Shown: positions 18,455 through 28,625 of the stretch, in pieces
Position numbering within the stretch: position 1 is the first letter of the stretch
Layout of the letters: each line of letters starts with the position of its first letter
From: Flavobacteriales bacterium
GTDB lineage: Bacteria; Bacteroidota; Bacteroidia; Flavobacteriales_D; SKUL01
Direction: 5' to 3'
DNA: 39,048 bases
Assembly (NCBI GenBank): GCA_007129985.1
Contig: SKUL01000325.1
Location: 1 to 39,048 of the forward strand
Translations under genes and position numbers: made by a program
The notes under the pieces: model-generated
Seen by the model: only the letters and a program-made list of their open reading frames with translations
Told to the model about the DNA's origin: nothing
The model's database searches: none

Positions 18455-19750
18455 TTAACCTCCAAAGTCGTCGAAGGCAACGTTTTCAGGCGGTACACCC
18501 CAGTCGTCAACCATTTTCAATACGGCCTGGTTCATCAGCGGCGGACCGCAGAAGTAAAACTCAATGTCTTCAGGTGCGTCGTGCTTTTTAAGGTACTGGT
18601 CAATCACCACCTGGTGCACAAAACCCACAAAACCATCGCCGGGAGCGTCAATATCTTCCTTCACCTGCCAGTTGTCTTCTTCAGCAGGCTCACTCAAGGC
18701 CACAAAGAACCGGAAATTGGGGAATTCCTTTTCAATCTTGCGGAAGTGGTCGAGGTAGAAAAGCTCTCGCTTTGAACGACCTCCGTACCAATAGGTAACT
18801 TTTCGATTGGTGCGCAAGGTGTGGAAGAGGTGAAACAAGTGCGAGCGCATCGGAGCCATACCGGCACCTCCACCGATGTAAAGCATTTCAGCGTCGGTTT
18901 CTTTGATAAAGAACTCACCGTAAGGTCCTGAAATGGTCACTTTGTCGCCGGGCTTGCAGCCAAACACAAACGAAGAGCAGATACCGGGGTTAACCGCCAT
19001 CCAGTCGTTCTTGGCGCGATCCCACGGTGGCGTAGCAATACGAATGTTTAGCATGATGATGTTCCCCTCGGCCGGGTGATTGGCCATGGAGTATGCGCGG
19101 AAAATAGGCTCGTCGTTCACCATTTTCAGCTTCCAGAGGTCAAATTTGTCCCATTCGGGTTTGAAATCGTCGGGGTCGCGCTCAAGCTCAGGGTGCGTGG
19201 TAATGTCAATGTCTTTGAAATCCACCGTACATGGAGGTACGTCAATCTGGATGTATCCTCCTGCCTCAAACTCGAGGTGTTCACCTTCGGGCAGCTTCAC
19301 TACAAACTCCTTGATAAACGAGGCCACGCTGTAGTTAGAAACCACTTCGCACTCCCATTTCTTGATACCAAAGATTTCTTCAGGAATCTGGATATCCATG
19401 TCCTGCTTTACCTTTACCTGACATCCCAAACGCCAGTTGTCCTGGATTTCCTTTCGGGTGAAGTAAGGAGCTTCGGTAGGAAGAATTTCACCCCCTCCTT
19501 TGTGAATCTGGCACTTGCACATGGCGCAAGTACCTCCACCTCCACAAGCAGAAGGCAGAAAGAGTTTATTGTTGCTCAGGGTAGTAAGCAGCGTATCACC
19601 CGATTCTACCTGCAATTGCTTCTCACCATTTACAGTGATGGTTACAGGTCCGGAGGGTGACAGCTTGGATTTGGCGTAAAGCAACACACTCACCAATAGA
19701 AAGATGACCATGAAGAATACGGCAATGGTAAGAAGAATGGTAGTTCCCAT
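18455..19750 (-). CDS. nqrF: Na+-translocating NADH:quinone oxidoreductase subunit F
   Basis: N-terminal TM segment, 2Fe-2S ferredoxin Cys cluster ([12 protein letters not shown]), and an FAD/NAD-binding domain ([15 protein letters not shown]). Confidence 0.95.
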   Translation of the reverse strand: MGTTILLTIAVFFMVIFLLVSVLLYAKSKLSPSGPVTITVNGEKQLQVESGDTLLTTLSNNKLFLPSACGGGGTCAMCKCQIHKGGGEILPTEAPYFTRKEIQDNWRLGCQVKVKQDMDIQIPEEIFGIKKWECEVVSNYSVASFIKEFVVKLPEGEHLEFEAGGYIQIDVPPCTVDFKDIDITTHPELERDPDDFKPEWDKFDLWKLKMVNDEPIFRAYSMANHPAEGNIIMLNIRIATPPWDRAKNDWMAVNPGICSSFVFGCKPGDKVTISGPYGEFFIKETDAEMLYIGGGAGMAPMRSHLFHLFHTLRTNRKVTYWYGGRSKRELFYLDHFRKIEKEFPNFRFFVALSEPAEEDNWQVKEDIDAPGDGFVGFVHQVVIDQYLKKHDAPEDIEFYFCGPPLMNQAVLKMVDDWGVPPENVAFDDFGG

Positions 19751-19772
19751 GCTTGAAAATCTGTTTTGCTAG

Positions 19773-20387
19773 TTACAATTCTATTCCCATAAAGCTCATG
19801 AAGGCAATGCCCATGAGACCGGTGATGATAAACGTGATACCCAACCCTCGCAGTGGAGCAGGTACATTGGAGTAGCGAATTTTTTCGCGGATAGCCGCAA
19901 TGGATACAATGGCAATCCACCAGCCCACACCTGAACCAAGTCCAAATACGGTGGCATCCCAGATATTGGGATACTGACGCTCTTGCATAAAGAGTGCACC
20001 TCCGAGGATGGAGCAGTTCACAGCGATAAGCGGAAGGAAGATTCCCAATGCGCCGTACAGTGCCGGTGCGAATCGCTCAACAATCATCTCTACCAACTGC
20101 ACCATCGAGGCAATTACAGCGATAAACATGATAAAGCTGAGGAAGCTCAAATCTACAGTGGCAAAATCGGCGCTTATCCAGGTAAGTGCACCGGGCTGTA
20201 GAAAGTAATTCTCCAACAGGTAGTTGATAGGCACGGTAATACCGAGTACGAAAATCACGGCAAAACCAAGTCCTACTCCCGTTTTAACCGTTTTCGATAC
20301 GGCCAGGTATGAACACATACCGAGGAAGTAGGCGAAAATCATGTTGTCGACAAAAATCGAGCGGACAAATATGTTTACAGCATCCAT
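19773..20387 (-). CDS. nqrE: Na+-NQR subunit E
   Basis: 204 aa polytopic membrane protein. [21 protein letters not shown] is typical of the NqrE/RnfA family. Operon position fits. Confidence 0.95.
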   Translation of the reverse strand: MDAVNIFVRSIFVDNMIFAYFLGMCSYLAVSKTVKTGVGLGFAVIFVLGITVPINYLLENYFLQPGALTWISADFATVDLSFLSFIMFIAVIASMVQLVEMIVERFAPALYGALGIFLPLIAVNCSILGGALFMQERQYPNIWDATVFGLGSGVGWWIAIVSIAAIREKIRYSNVPAPLRGLGITFIITGLMGIAFMSFMGIEL

Positions 20388-20412
20388 GGCTTATTCTTGC
20401 TTGAGTAGGTTG

Positions 20413-21096
20413 TTAGTTTTCTTCAATGAGTTTGGTGTTGCGCGCACGCTGAATCCAGATAATAACACCAACAGTTACGAGTGCCATTGGAGGCAGAATC
20501 ATCATGTTGTTGTTCATGTAGCCCATGTCGTAAAACGCTGCGGGTATCACCTCAAAACCGTAAAGTTTACCAGAGCCGAAGAGCTCGCGTACCACCGCCA
20601 CAGCTACCAGAATCCAGGCGTAACCGAGGGCGTTTCCAAATCCGTCGAGTACTGATGGAAAAGGCTTGTTACCCATGGCAAAGGCTTCGAAACGACCCAT
20701 AATAATACAGTTCGTGATAATCAGTCCCACGAAAACCGAGAGTCTGGCCGCCACATCAGGAAGGAAAGCCTGCAGTGTTTCACTCACCACAATTACAAGC
20801 GAAGCAACCACCACCAGTTGAACGATAATTCGGATTCGCGACGGAATGGAATTGCGCAGCAGTGAAATAATGAGGTTACCCATCATCATTACAAACACTA
20901 CCGACAGCGACATCACCACTGCTTGCTCCACCTGTACAGTAATGGCCAGTGCTGAACAAATACCAAGTACCTGAACGGTAATGGGGTTATCGTCATCGAG
21001 CGGATCGGTGATCAGCTTCTTGTTTTTCTTGGAGAACAAGGGCTCAGAGGGTCTTTTCTCCTCTTTAACCTCGGGTGCAGTTGTTTCTGTACTCAT
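20413..21096 (-). CDS. nqrD: Na+-NQR subunit D
   Basis: 227 aa. DNPITVQVLGICSALAIT is the NqrD/RnfE signature region. Operon position fits. Confidence 0.95.
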   Translation of the reverse strand: MSTETTAPEVKEEKRPSEPLFSKKNKKLITDPLDDDNPITVQVLGICSALAITVQVEQAVVMSLSVVFVMMMGNLIISLLRNSIPSRIRIIVQLVVVASLVIVVSETLQAFLPDVAARLSVFVGLIITNCIIMGRFEAFAMGNKPFPSVLDGFGNALGYAWILVAVAVVRELFGSGKLYGFEVIPAAFYDMGYMNNNMMILPPMALVTVGVIIWIQRARNTKLIEEN

Positions 21097-21100
21097 GGTC

Positions 21101-21847
21101 TTAAGCGTTGTTTTTGTTAAAGAAGCGGTGATATACCTTCAGGGTACGCTGAAGCATTTCGGTTACTCCGTCGCTGGTAATGGTACCACCGGTGATTCCA
21201 TCTACCTGATGCGGGTTTCCGGCTTCGGCGCCACCTTTTTTCACTTCAATGGATTTGTAATTTCCTTGATCGTCCAGTATTTGCTTACCCTTGAAAGGAT
21301 CCTGAAACATGGGCAGGCTGATTTCAGCTCCGAGACCGGGTGTTTCAGTGGCGTGGTCAAAGCTGGCTCCGTACACCATGTTGAAATCATCCTCAAGTGC
21401 AACAAAACCCCAGATCGCACCCCACAGACCGTTTCCAATCATGGGAATTACGTAGAGCGTTTTACCATCCTTGTCGCATTTGTAGAAGGGATAGTTTCTT
21501 TCTTCGGGCTTAATGGAGCGATCGCGGTACTCCGCGCGGATGTTGATGTTAAACGCGTCTTTGTCGTCCAGGGCATCCACCTCACCGGTGTTGCTGCTGA
21601 TGATGTTACCATCGTAATCAATCACCACACGCTCCACAACGTATTTGTCGAAAAGCTCGGCCGCATTGGTTCTGTTGGCATCCACGTCAATGGCGGTGAG
21701 AATATCAATTCGCTTCTTGTCAGCTTGATTCTTGAGCTGCAAAGGCTTGAGGCCCATGGCGAGTGACGAGAGCACAGCGCCCACCACCACAACCATCACC
21801 AGTGCAAAGCCGAATGTAAATGCATTGCTGTTTTTGTCTAGAGCCAT
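21101..21847 (-). CDS. nqrC: Na+-NQR subunit C
   Basis: 248 aa, single N-terminal TM segment, and an FMN-attachment motif context (DGITGGTITS, i.e. S/T-G-A/G-T). Confidence 0.93.
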   Translation of the reverse strand: MALDKNSNAFTFGFALVMVVVVGAVLSSLAMGLKPLQLKNQADKKRIDILTAIDVDANRTNAAELFDKYVVERVVIDYDGNIISSNTGEVDALDDKDAFNINIRAEYRDRSIKPEERNYPFYKCDKDGKTLYVIPMIGNGLWGAIWGFVALEDDFNMVYGASFDHATETPGLGAEISLPMFQDPFKGKQILDDQGNYKSIEVKKGGAEAGNPHQVDGITGGTITSDGVTEMLQRTLKVYHRFFNKNNA

Positions 21848-21848
21848 C

Positions 21849-23066
21849 TTACGCAGTTTTTACTTTAAGTCGGTTCATTCGTCGTTTGATGTTGGCCTCT
21901 ATTACATAGTGGTCAATCATCGGAGCCATTACATTCATAAAGAGAATGGCCATCATCACTCCCTCGGGGTAGGCCGGGTTCACCGTTCGAATGAGTATCG
22001 CCAGAAAACCAATGAGGAAGCCGTAAATGTATTTTCCGGTTGCTGTTTGCGAAGCGGTTACAGGGTCGGTCGCCATGAACACCACACCAAACATAAACCC
22101 ACCAATGGCGAGGTGATACCACCACGGCAGTGCAAGGAAAGTATTGTTGGGGAAGTACGCCGGCCCCACCAGGTTGAAGATAAGCCCCATCACCGCACCG
22201 CCGGCAATCGCAGAAAGCATGATGCGCCAGCTTCCAATACCTGTCCAAAGCAATATACCTGCCCCAATCAGGATGGCAATTACAGAGGTCTCACCCACTG
22301 AGCCGGGAATGAAGCCGTAAATCGCATCCAACAGTGAAGCATTCACGCTTGCGTATGCATTGCCGGCCGTATCGGTAAACTCAGAAACGGGAGTAGTGGT
22401 AGCTTTAGCAAGCAAGGTCTCTCCAGTGTAGCCATCAACAGGCTTACCATCACCGGCGGTGTTGATCCACACTTTGTTTCCCGACATTTCGGTTGGGTAG
22501 GCAAAAAACAGGAATGCCCGCGCGGTCAGTGCCACGTTCAGGATATTCATTCCGGTTCCACCAAACACTTCTTTTCCGATTACCACGGCAAAGGCGGTGG
22601 CAACACCCACCATCCAAAGCGGAACATCAACAGGCATACACAGGGGAATCAACATTCCCGACACAAGGAATCCCTCGTTGATGGCGTGACTTTTTACGAT
22701 GCAAAAAATAAACTCAATACCAAGTCCTACCCCGTATGAAACGATTACCAGCGGCAGTACTTTCAGCGCTCCGAAAAGGAACATATCGCCAAAAGTGGCC
22801 GTTGTTACGCCCATGGCCATGTAATGCTGGTAACCCACGTTGTACATTCCGAAGAGCAAACAAGGAATGAGCGCTACAATCACCATAAACATGGTACGCT
22901 TCATATCAATACCGTCGCGGATGTGCGATCCGGATTTGGTTACGTGGCCCGGTACAAAGGCAAACGTGTCCAGTGAATCCGGAATGGGCCAAAACTTGTG
23001 CAGCTTGCCTCCTTCCTTGAAGGGAGGCATCAGCTTGTTGTCAATCAGGTCTTTTAACGCTTTCAA
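21849..23066 (-). CDS. nqrB: Na+-NQR subunit B
   Basis: 405 aa polytopic protein with FMN-attachment region ATDPVTAS. Operon position fits. Confidence 0.95.
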   Translation of the reverse strand: MKALKDLIDNKLMPPFKEGGKLHKFWPIPDSLDTFAFVPGHVTKSGSHIRDGIDMKRTMFMVIVALIPCLLFGMYNVGYQHYMAMGVTTATFGDMFLFGALKVLPLVIVSYGVGLGIEFIFCIVKSHAINEGFLVSGMLIPLCMPVDVPLWMVGVATAFAVVIGKEVFGGTGMNILNVALTARAFLFFAYPTEMSGNKVWINTAGDGKPVDGYTGETLLAKATTTPVSEFTDTAGNAYASVNASLLDAIYGFIPGSVGETSVIAILIGAGILLWTGIGSWRIMLSAIAGGAVMGLIFNLVGPAYFPNNTFLALPWWYHLAIGGFMFGVVFMATDPVTASQTATGKYIYGFLIGFLAILIRTVNPAYPEGVMMAILFMNVMAPMIDHYVIEANIKRRMNRLKVKTA

Positions 23067-23087
23067 TGCTATCGGTTTTTGTTTCGA

Positions 23088-24449
23088 TTATGCAAACTCT
23101 TTTTGGATTACATCCAAACCTTCTCTTACAATGCGCTGGATTTCAATTTTCGATGTGCAAACAAACTCACACAGCGCAAAATCCTCGCTATCCACTTCGT
23201 AAATACCCAGCTTCTCCATCATGTCAATGTCGTTCATCATGATAGATTTCACGAGCTGCATGGGGTAGATATCAAAAGGGAAAACTTTCTCCATCTCTCC
23301 CGTTACCACAAAGGCACGCTCTTCACCGTTTAGGTTGGTGTTGAGGCGGTACTTTTTACCGGGCATCAGCCACGACGGAAATGCGTGCGACAATGAGAAC
23401 TTGTGCAATCCGGGCGAAAGCCATCCTTCGGTAAGGAAAAACTGAGGCTCATGTCCTTCGGGAATCACAGAAACTTCAGTGTGATAAAATCCAACGAAGC
23501 CTTCGTTGTCAATTTTTTCGCCGGTGAGCACGTTACCAGAAATGATACGAATGTCTCCATCTTTCAAACGGCCGGCAGTAATGGGCTTCACAGGTGCACC
23601 ATACCAGGTGTTAAAATATTTGGGCTCTGTTACCTCGCTACCCACCAGGGCAACGGTACAGGCAGGATTGTATTTTCCTTCTTTGAACAGCCTTCCAATG
23701 GTAATCAGGTGTGAGGGTGTTACGTACCAGATCAGTTCACCTTTGTTAAGCGGGTCGAGTTCGTGAATCTGCACGCCCACATTTCCTGCGGGGTGAGGTC
23801 CACTCACTTTATTCAGTTGAACATTTTTCAATCCTTGGAATGCTTTCGACTTCTCCGGGTCGGCAGAAACCTGAAAATGAATGGGGCCATCGCAGAGTTT
23901 TGCCATTGCATCCAAACCGGTTTGCAACTCGCTGATGTGGTCCTGGCAAATAAAATTCAGGTCAGCACCCAGCGGAGCAGTGTTTACCGCAGAAACAAAA
24001 ATGGATTTGGGCTTGTCTTCGGGATTTGCAATGGTTGAGAATGGACGCTGACGAATTACTGTCCACAAACCGCTGTTTAGCAGCTTTTCAACTACCTGCT
24101 CGCGCGACATTGAACCGGGGTCACCTGCGCCAAAATCAACGGCAGACGGCTCTTTATCGGCAAGGATACGTACCTCGAGAATTCGTCGCTTTTCACCGCG
24201 TCGGATCTCGGCCACCTCACCGCTCACAGGGCTGGTAAACTTGATGGCTTCGTTGTACTTGTCGTAAAAAAGAACGGTTCCGGCTTTTACCTCATCGCCT
24301 TCGCGAACCACCATTTTGGGTGTGAGGTTGTGAAAATCGGTGGGCTTTACAGCAAAAATCTCAGGACGATTGATTTGGGATTTGGCTTTTTCGGCCTCTC
24401 CCACGAGCTTGATATCAACGCCTTTCCTGATTTTGATGGTTTTTGACAT
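23088..24449 (-). CDS. nqrA: Na+-NQR subunit A
   Basis: 453 aa soluble subunit. The MSKTIKIRKGVDIKL N-terminus is typical of NqrA. First gene of the operon. Confidence 0.95.
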   Translation of the reverse strand: MSKTIKIRKGVDIKLVGEAEKAKSQINRPEIFAVKPTDFHNLTPKMVVREGDEVKAGTVLFYDKYNEAIKFTSPVSGEVAEIRRGEKRRILEVRILADKEPSAVDFGAGDPGSMSREQVVEKLLNSGLWTVIRQRPFSTIANPEDKPKSIFVSAVNTAPLGADLNFICQDHISELQTGLDAMAKLCDGPIHFQVSADPEKSKAFQGLKNVQLNKVSGPHPAGNVGVQIHELDPLNKGELIWYVTPSHLITIGRLFKEGKYNPACTVALVGSEVTEPKYFNTWYGAPVKPITAGRLKDGDIRIISGNVLTGEKIDNEGFVGFYHTEVSVIPEGHEPQFFLTEGWLSPGLHKFSLSHAFPSWLMPGKKYRLNTNLNGEERAFVVTGEMEKVFPFDIYPMQLVKSIMMNDIDMMEKLGIYEVDSEDFALCEFVCTSKIEIQRIVREGLDVIQKEFA

Positions 24450-24474
24450 GTTCCGCGTCGGTTAAAATTCGGGG

Positions 24475-24482
24475 CAAAATTA
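24475..24482 (-). promoter_or_regulatory. candidate -7 box (TAATTTTG) for the nqr operon
   Basis: Reverse complement of caaaatta, 25 nt upstream of the nqrA ATG. Confidence 0.35.
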
Positions 24483-24560
24483 GAAATTACTACCAAGTGG
24501 CTAAGGAAACTGGCAATAAAATTGCTGCTATATTGCCCCAAAAAAATCAAATCTTTATTC

Positions 24561-25970
24561 ATGCTCTTTAACAGATTTCTGCCCCTATTGTTGATTACTT
24601 GTTTACTCTTTTCCGTGCCGGAAGTTATGGCCCAGACAGAGGGTGAGCAGCCCGAGTTCATTGAAGACGAAGACAGACCCAAAACCAAAAAAGAACTGCG
24701 AGAGGAACGACGATTGCAGCGAGAGGCTGAGGAAAAAGCCCGAAGAGAGGAAGCCAAAAAAAACCAACTCCCTTTTGAAGACCGCGTGTACGACGAACAT
24801 ATTAAAACCATTCTGGTGCACAAGGCTGGTTTGCAACTCAACCCACCCATCATAAGCCTGGGTGGCGGAGAAAAAATTGAGGTGCGGTTTGACGACCTCC
24901 ACCCTTACTCACGGACCTTTGCCTATTCGGTAGAGCACTGCACCCACGATTGGGAAAGCTCCGACCTCATTGAGTCAGAATACATAGAGGGCTTTTTCAC
25001 CAACTACATCAATGATTTCAGCAATTCCTTCAACACCAACCAGCCCTACACTCACCACCGCTTTACTTTTCCGAATCAGGATTTACGCTTCATCCGGTCG
25101 GGGAATTACCTGCTGAAAGTATTTGCAGACGACGACCCCAAGAAGGTAATTTTCACCCGTCGATTCATGGTCACCGAAAATGTTGTTTCAATAGATGCCA
25201 AGGCCGCTGCTCCGCGCAATGTAGCACTGAGACAGGAAGGTCAGGAAATTCAATTTACCATCAACCACGGGTCATTCCCCATTCCGAATCCATTCAGGGA
25301 TTTGAATGTGGTGCTTATCCAGAACCAGCGCTGGAACTCTGCTATTACGGGTCTCAACCCGGTGTTTGTAAAAGGAGGAGAACTGGTTTACGACTACGAC
25401 GCACCGGCAACCTTTATGGCAGGAAATGAGTATCGGCCCCTCGATATCAAAAGCTTCACCTACCAGATGGAGAACATTCTGCGCAGCGAACGAACCCCGC
25501 TGGGATGGCAAATACTGCTGGCTCCAGATCAGCCGCGCGTCTTCAGGCGATACGAAACCATCCGCGATATCAACGGGCAGGCCTTTGTGAAAAACGACGA
25601 CGGCTTTGCAGACCACACCGAGTCTGACTACGCCACGGTAAACTTCACTTTAAAAGTGGACCAGCCGCTGATTCGCTCAGATGTGTACGTGTACGGTGGC
25701 TACAACAACTTCGCCTTGACCGACGAAAACAAAATGACGTACAACCCCGAAATTGGGAGCTACCAATGCAGCCTTCACCTGAAACAAGGGTTTTACAACT
25801 ACAAATATGCTGTGGTTGAGGAACATGTAGGCAAGCCCGATATCACCATCATAGAAGGCTCTTTCATGGAAACCGAAAACGCCTATATGATATTGGTATA
25901 TCACCGCGATTTTTCGAACAATTACGACCAACTTATCGGTGTGTCGTACGTTAATGCTAATAAGCGCTAA
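24561..25970 (+). CDS. DUF5103 domain protein (family annotated as type IX secretion system plug-protein domain)
   Basis: Start taken at the ATG (MLFNRFLPLLL... signal peptide) rather than the track's TTG at 24522. An acidic/basic low-complexity linker follows. IKTILVHKAG..PPIISLGGGEKIEVRFDDL...VEHCTHDWESSDL resembles DUF5103 as I remember it. Confidence 0.55.
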   Translation: MLFNRFLPLLLITCLLFSVPEVMAQTEGEQPEFIEDEDRPKTKKELREERRLQREAEEKARREEAKKNQLPFEDRVYDEHIKTILVHKAGLQLNPPIISLGGGEKIEVRFDDLHPYSRTFAYSVEHCTHDWESSDLIESEYIEGFFTNYINDFSNSFNTNQPYTHHRFTFPNQDLRFIRSGNYLLKVFADDDPKKVIFTRRFMVTENVVSIDAKAAAPRNVALRQEGQEIQFTINHGSFPIPNPFRDLNVVLIQNQRWNSAITGLNPVFVKGGELVYDYDAPATFMAGNEYRPLDIKSFTYQMENILRSERTPLGWQILLAPDQPRVFRRYETIRDINGQAFVKNDDGFADHTESDYATVNFTLKVDQPLIRSDVYVYGGYNNFALTDENKMTYNPEIGSYQCSLHLKQGFYNYKYAVVEEHVGKPDITIIEGSFMETENAYMILVYHRDFSNNYDQLIGVSYVNANKR

Positions 25971-26018
25971 GTTTAACCACCTTGTACTTCGCCACACAGA
26001 ACACTTAAAAGAAAAGCT

Positions 26019-26405
26019 ATGGTAACAGCGGTAAGTAGTGGTATCAAGATTACGGTGGACACGAAGTACGAGCACGACTATTCTTCGCCTGCCAACGAGC
26101 AGTATTTCTTCATATACAACATCACCATCGAGAACACCAACGATTTCCCTGTGAAGTTGCTGAGAAGAGAGTGGTTTATCATCGACAGCAATGGCGACAA
26201 GCGCGAGGTGGAAGGCGAAGGCGTAGTGGGTGAGCAACCTGTTATCCCGCCCGGTAGCAAATACACCTACAGTTCAGGTTGCGATTTCATGACGGATTTC
26301 GGCTCGATGAGCGGTTCTTACCTGATGAAGCGTTTGGATGCCGGCCTCGTATTCAAAGCGCACATCCCTCGCTTTTATATGCTGGCTCCCTGGCGCTTAA
26401 ACTAA
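26019..26405 (+). CDS. apaG: ApaG (DUF525) protein
   Basis: 128 aa. FIYNITIENTNDFPVKLLRREWFIIDSNG..REVEGEGVVGEQPVI.PG..Y.Y.SGC is the ApaG fold signature. Confidence 0.9.
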   Translation: MVTAVSSGIKITVDTKYEHDYSSPANEQYFFIYNITIENTNDFPVKLLRREWFIIDSNGDKREVEGEGVVGEQPVIPPGSKYTYSSGCDFMTDFGSMSGSYLMKRLDAGLVFKAHIPRFYMLAPWRLN

Positions 26406-26546
26406 GAGTAATCAACCTATAGCCTCGGAGCGATTCCGGAAAAGACACTCGGAATCCGCCCAACAATTCCTCTAAGCTGAAAAGCCGATTCACCACGGCT
26501 TCCAACCACATTTGCAACAGGACCTCCATACTCCTTGTGAACCCAC

Positions 26547-26578
26547 TTTGAATGGCTAATTTTGCCGCTCTATTTTTG
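26547..26578 (+). promoter_or_regulatory. candidate promoter for pruA (-33 TTTG, -7 TATTTTTG)
   Basis: TTTG at 26547-26550 and TATTTTTG at 26571-26578, 20 nt apart. The ATG is 28 nt downstream. Confidence 0.35.
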
Positions 26579-26606
26579 ATTAGTCACCCCGAAAACATCT
26601 CTGTTT

Positions 26607-28235
26607 ATGCCCAAAGGAATATACCAGGTGCCCCCTGTGGCCAATGAGCCGGTAAAAGATTATGCACCCGGAAGTGCAGAACGCGAATCGCTGCTTGCTA
26701 CCTATCGCAGTATGCTGCAGCAAGAACCTGTTGATGTACCTATGTACATCGGTAGCGAGGAGGTAAGAACCGGAAACAAACATCCGCTTTCGCCTCCGCA
26801 CGACCACCAGCGCATCATCGGCCACTTCAACTATGGCGATGCCTCGCACGTAAAATCAGCCATTGACGCTGCGTTGTCTGCACGTGAAGCCTGGAGCAAT
26901 CTGCCATGGGAACACCGTGCAAGCATCTTCCTAAAAGCCGCCGATTTGTTAGCAGGTCCTTTCCGCGACCGCATGAACGCTGCCACCATGCTCGGGCAGT
27001 CGAAAAACGCATTTCAGGCCGAGATTGACGCTGCCTGCGAATTGATTGACTTTTTGCGCTTTAATGTGGCGTACATGCAGCAGATTTACAGCGACCAGCC
27101 CGGCAGCAACCCCGGAATCTGGAACCGCATGGAATACCGCCCTCTGGAAGGTTTTGTATTCGCACTCACTCCATTTAACTTCACCTCTATTGCCGCCAAC
27201 CTTTGCGTAGCGCCCGCACTGATGGGCAACACGGTTGTTTGGAAGCCCGCCGATTCGCAGGTTTACTCCGCGCAAATCATTATGGAGCTGTTCAAAGCAG
27301 CAGGCGTTCCTGATGGAGTTATTAATATGGTAACACTCGATGGCCCTGAAGCTGGTGAGGTGATTTTCAACCACCCGGATTTTGCAGGTCTTCACTTTAC
27401 GGGCTCTACCGGAGTGTTCCGTCATTTGTGGACAACCATCGGTGCGAACATCGCCAAATACAAAAGCTACCCGCGCATCGTGGGCGAAACCGGCGGTAAA
27501 GACTTTGTGGTGGCTCACCGCAGCGCCGACCCCATTGAAGTGGCGGTAGCATTGTCTCGTGGCGCTTTCGAGTTCCAGGGACAGAAATGTTCGGCTGCCT
27601 CTCGTGCTTACATCCCCGACAATTTGTGGCCGGCAGTGAAAGAACAACTCCTGAGCGACCTCGCCTCATTCAAAATGGGAAGCCCCGAAGACTTTGGCAA
27701 CTTTGTAAATGCCGTGATTGACCGCAAAGCTTTCGATAAAATATCGGGCTATATTGACTACACAAAAGGGCAAAGCGACGCGAGCATCATCGCCGGTGGA
27801 AACTACGACGATTCAAAAGGATACTTTATTGAGCCCACCGTGGTTGAAACCACCAACCCGAAATTCCGAACCATGTGCGAGGAGATTTTTGGACCGGTGC
27901 TCACCATTTACGTTTATCCCGCCAACGATTTTGAAGCTACGCTCAAGCTTGTTGACAGCACATCGGAGTACGCCCTTACAGGTAGTATTTTCTCCGGTGA
28001 CCGCTATGCCATTGACCTCGCAACCCGCATGTTGGCCAATGCTGCAGGAAACTTCTACATCAACGACAAGCCAACAGGAGCCGTGGTAGGTCAGCAGCCT
28101 TTTGGAGGTGCGAGAGGTTCCGGAACCAACGACAAAGCCGGTTCTTACCTCAACCTCATCCGCTGGGTTTCACCAAGAACCATCAAAGAAACCTTTGTGC
28201 CTGCCAAGGACTACCGTTACCCTTTCCTCGGTTAA
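26607..28235 (+). CDS. pruA: L-glutamate gamma-semialdehyde (1-pyrroline-5-carboxylate) dehydrogenase
   Basis: 542 aa aldehyde dehydrogenase. Catalytic EFQGQKCSAASR Cys and VGETGGKD Glu. The length and N-terminus (YAPGS.ER..L) fit the stand-alone P5CDH type. Confidence 0.9.
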   Translation: MPKGIYQVPPVANEPVKDYAPGSAERESLLATYRSMLQQEPVDVPMYIGSEEVRTGNKHPLSPPHDHQRIIGHFNYGDASHVKSAIDAALSAREAWSNLPWEHRASIFLKAADLLAGPFRDRMNAATMLGQSKNAFQAEIDAACELIDFLRFNVAYMQQIYSDQPGSNPGIWNRMEYRPLEGFVFALTPFNFTSIAANLCVAPALMGNTVVWKPADSQVYSAQIIMELFKAAGVPDGVINMVTLDGPEAGEVIFNHPDFAGLHFTGSTGVFRHLWTTIGANIAKYKSYPRIVGETGGKDFVVAHRSADPIEVAVALSRGAFEFQGQKCSAASRAYIPDNLWPAVKEQLLSDLASFKMGSPEDFGNFVNAVIDRKAFDKISGYIDYTKGQSDASIIAGGNYDDSKGYFIEPTVVETTNPKFRTMCEEIFGPVLTIYVYPANDFEATLKLVDSTSEYALTGSIFSGDRYAIDLATRMLANAAGNFYINDKPTGAVVGQQPFGGARGSGTNDKAGSYLNLIRWVSPRTIKETFVPAKDYRYPFLG

Positions 28236-28262
28236 TTCAATGTAACCTTGTGAAAAGTTTTA

Positions 28263-28288
28263 GGGGCAGGCCGTTTTCGGTTTGCCCC
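28263..28288 (+). terminator. intrinsic terminator after pruA
   Basis: GGGGCAGGCCG-tttt-CGGTTTGCCCC: an 11-bp stem (two G-U pairs) with a tetraloop, followed by T-rich sequence. Confidence 0.65.
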
Positions 28289-28308
28289 TTTCCTTGTACC
28301 TTTATGCC

Positions 28309-28599
28309 ATGCTCAAGCGAATTCCCAAATTCCTTCGAAACAAGTATGCCCTGGCAACGCTGGCCATGTTGCTGTGGATAACCTTTTTCCACAACAACGA
28401 CCTGATTTCACAGATGGGAGCCAGAATGAAACTCAATCAACTCGAAAACGAGCAGGAGTACTACAGGCAGCGCATTGAGGAAACCAAGGCAGCCATTCAC
28501 GACCTTACCACCAACAAGGAGTCTCTGGAGAAATTTGCCCGCGAGCATCACCACATGAAGAAAGAAGACGAAGACATTTTTCTCGTCATTTTTGACTAA
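28309..28599 (+). CDS. septum formation initiator (FtsB/DivIC-like) family protein
   Basis: Start at the in-frame ATG (MLKRIPKF). One TM segment, then a coiled-coil (NQLENEQEYYRQRIEETKAAIHDL). The track ORF begins at a TTG inside the terminator hairpin. Confidence 0.7.
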   Translation: MLKRIPKFLRNKYALATLAMLLWITFFHNNDLISQMGARMKLNQLENEQEYYRQRIEETKAAIHDLTTNKESLEKFAREHHHMKKEDEDIFLVIFD

Positions 28600-28625
28600 G
28601 CCCGCAACCGGCGGCCTGACAGCGC

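Noticed and set aside
26431-26500. Two hairpins after apaG: GATTCCG...CGGAATC, and AAGCCG-attcacca-CGGCTT.
   Set aside because: These are plausible weak terminators, but neither is followed by a T-run. I cannot separate function from chance by eye, so they are not listed as features.
26552-26647. A 31-codon ORF (MANFAALFLISHPENISVYAQRNIPGAPCGQ) overlapping the pruA start, considered as a possible uORF.
   Set aside because: Its ATG (26552) lies upstream of the predicted -7 box at 26571-26578, so it would precede the TSS. There is no conservation evidence. It is most likely fortuitous.
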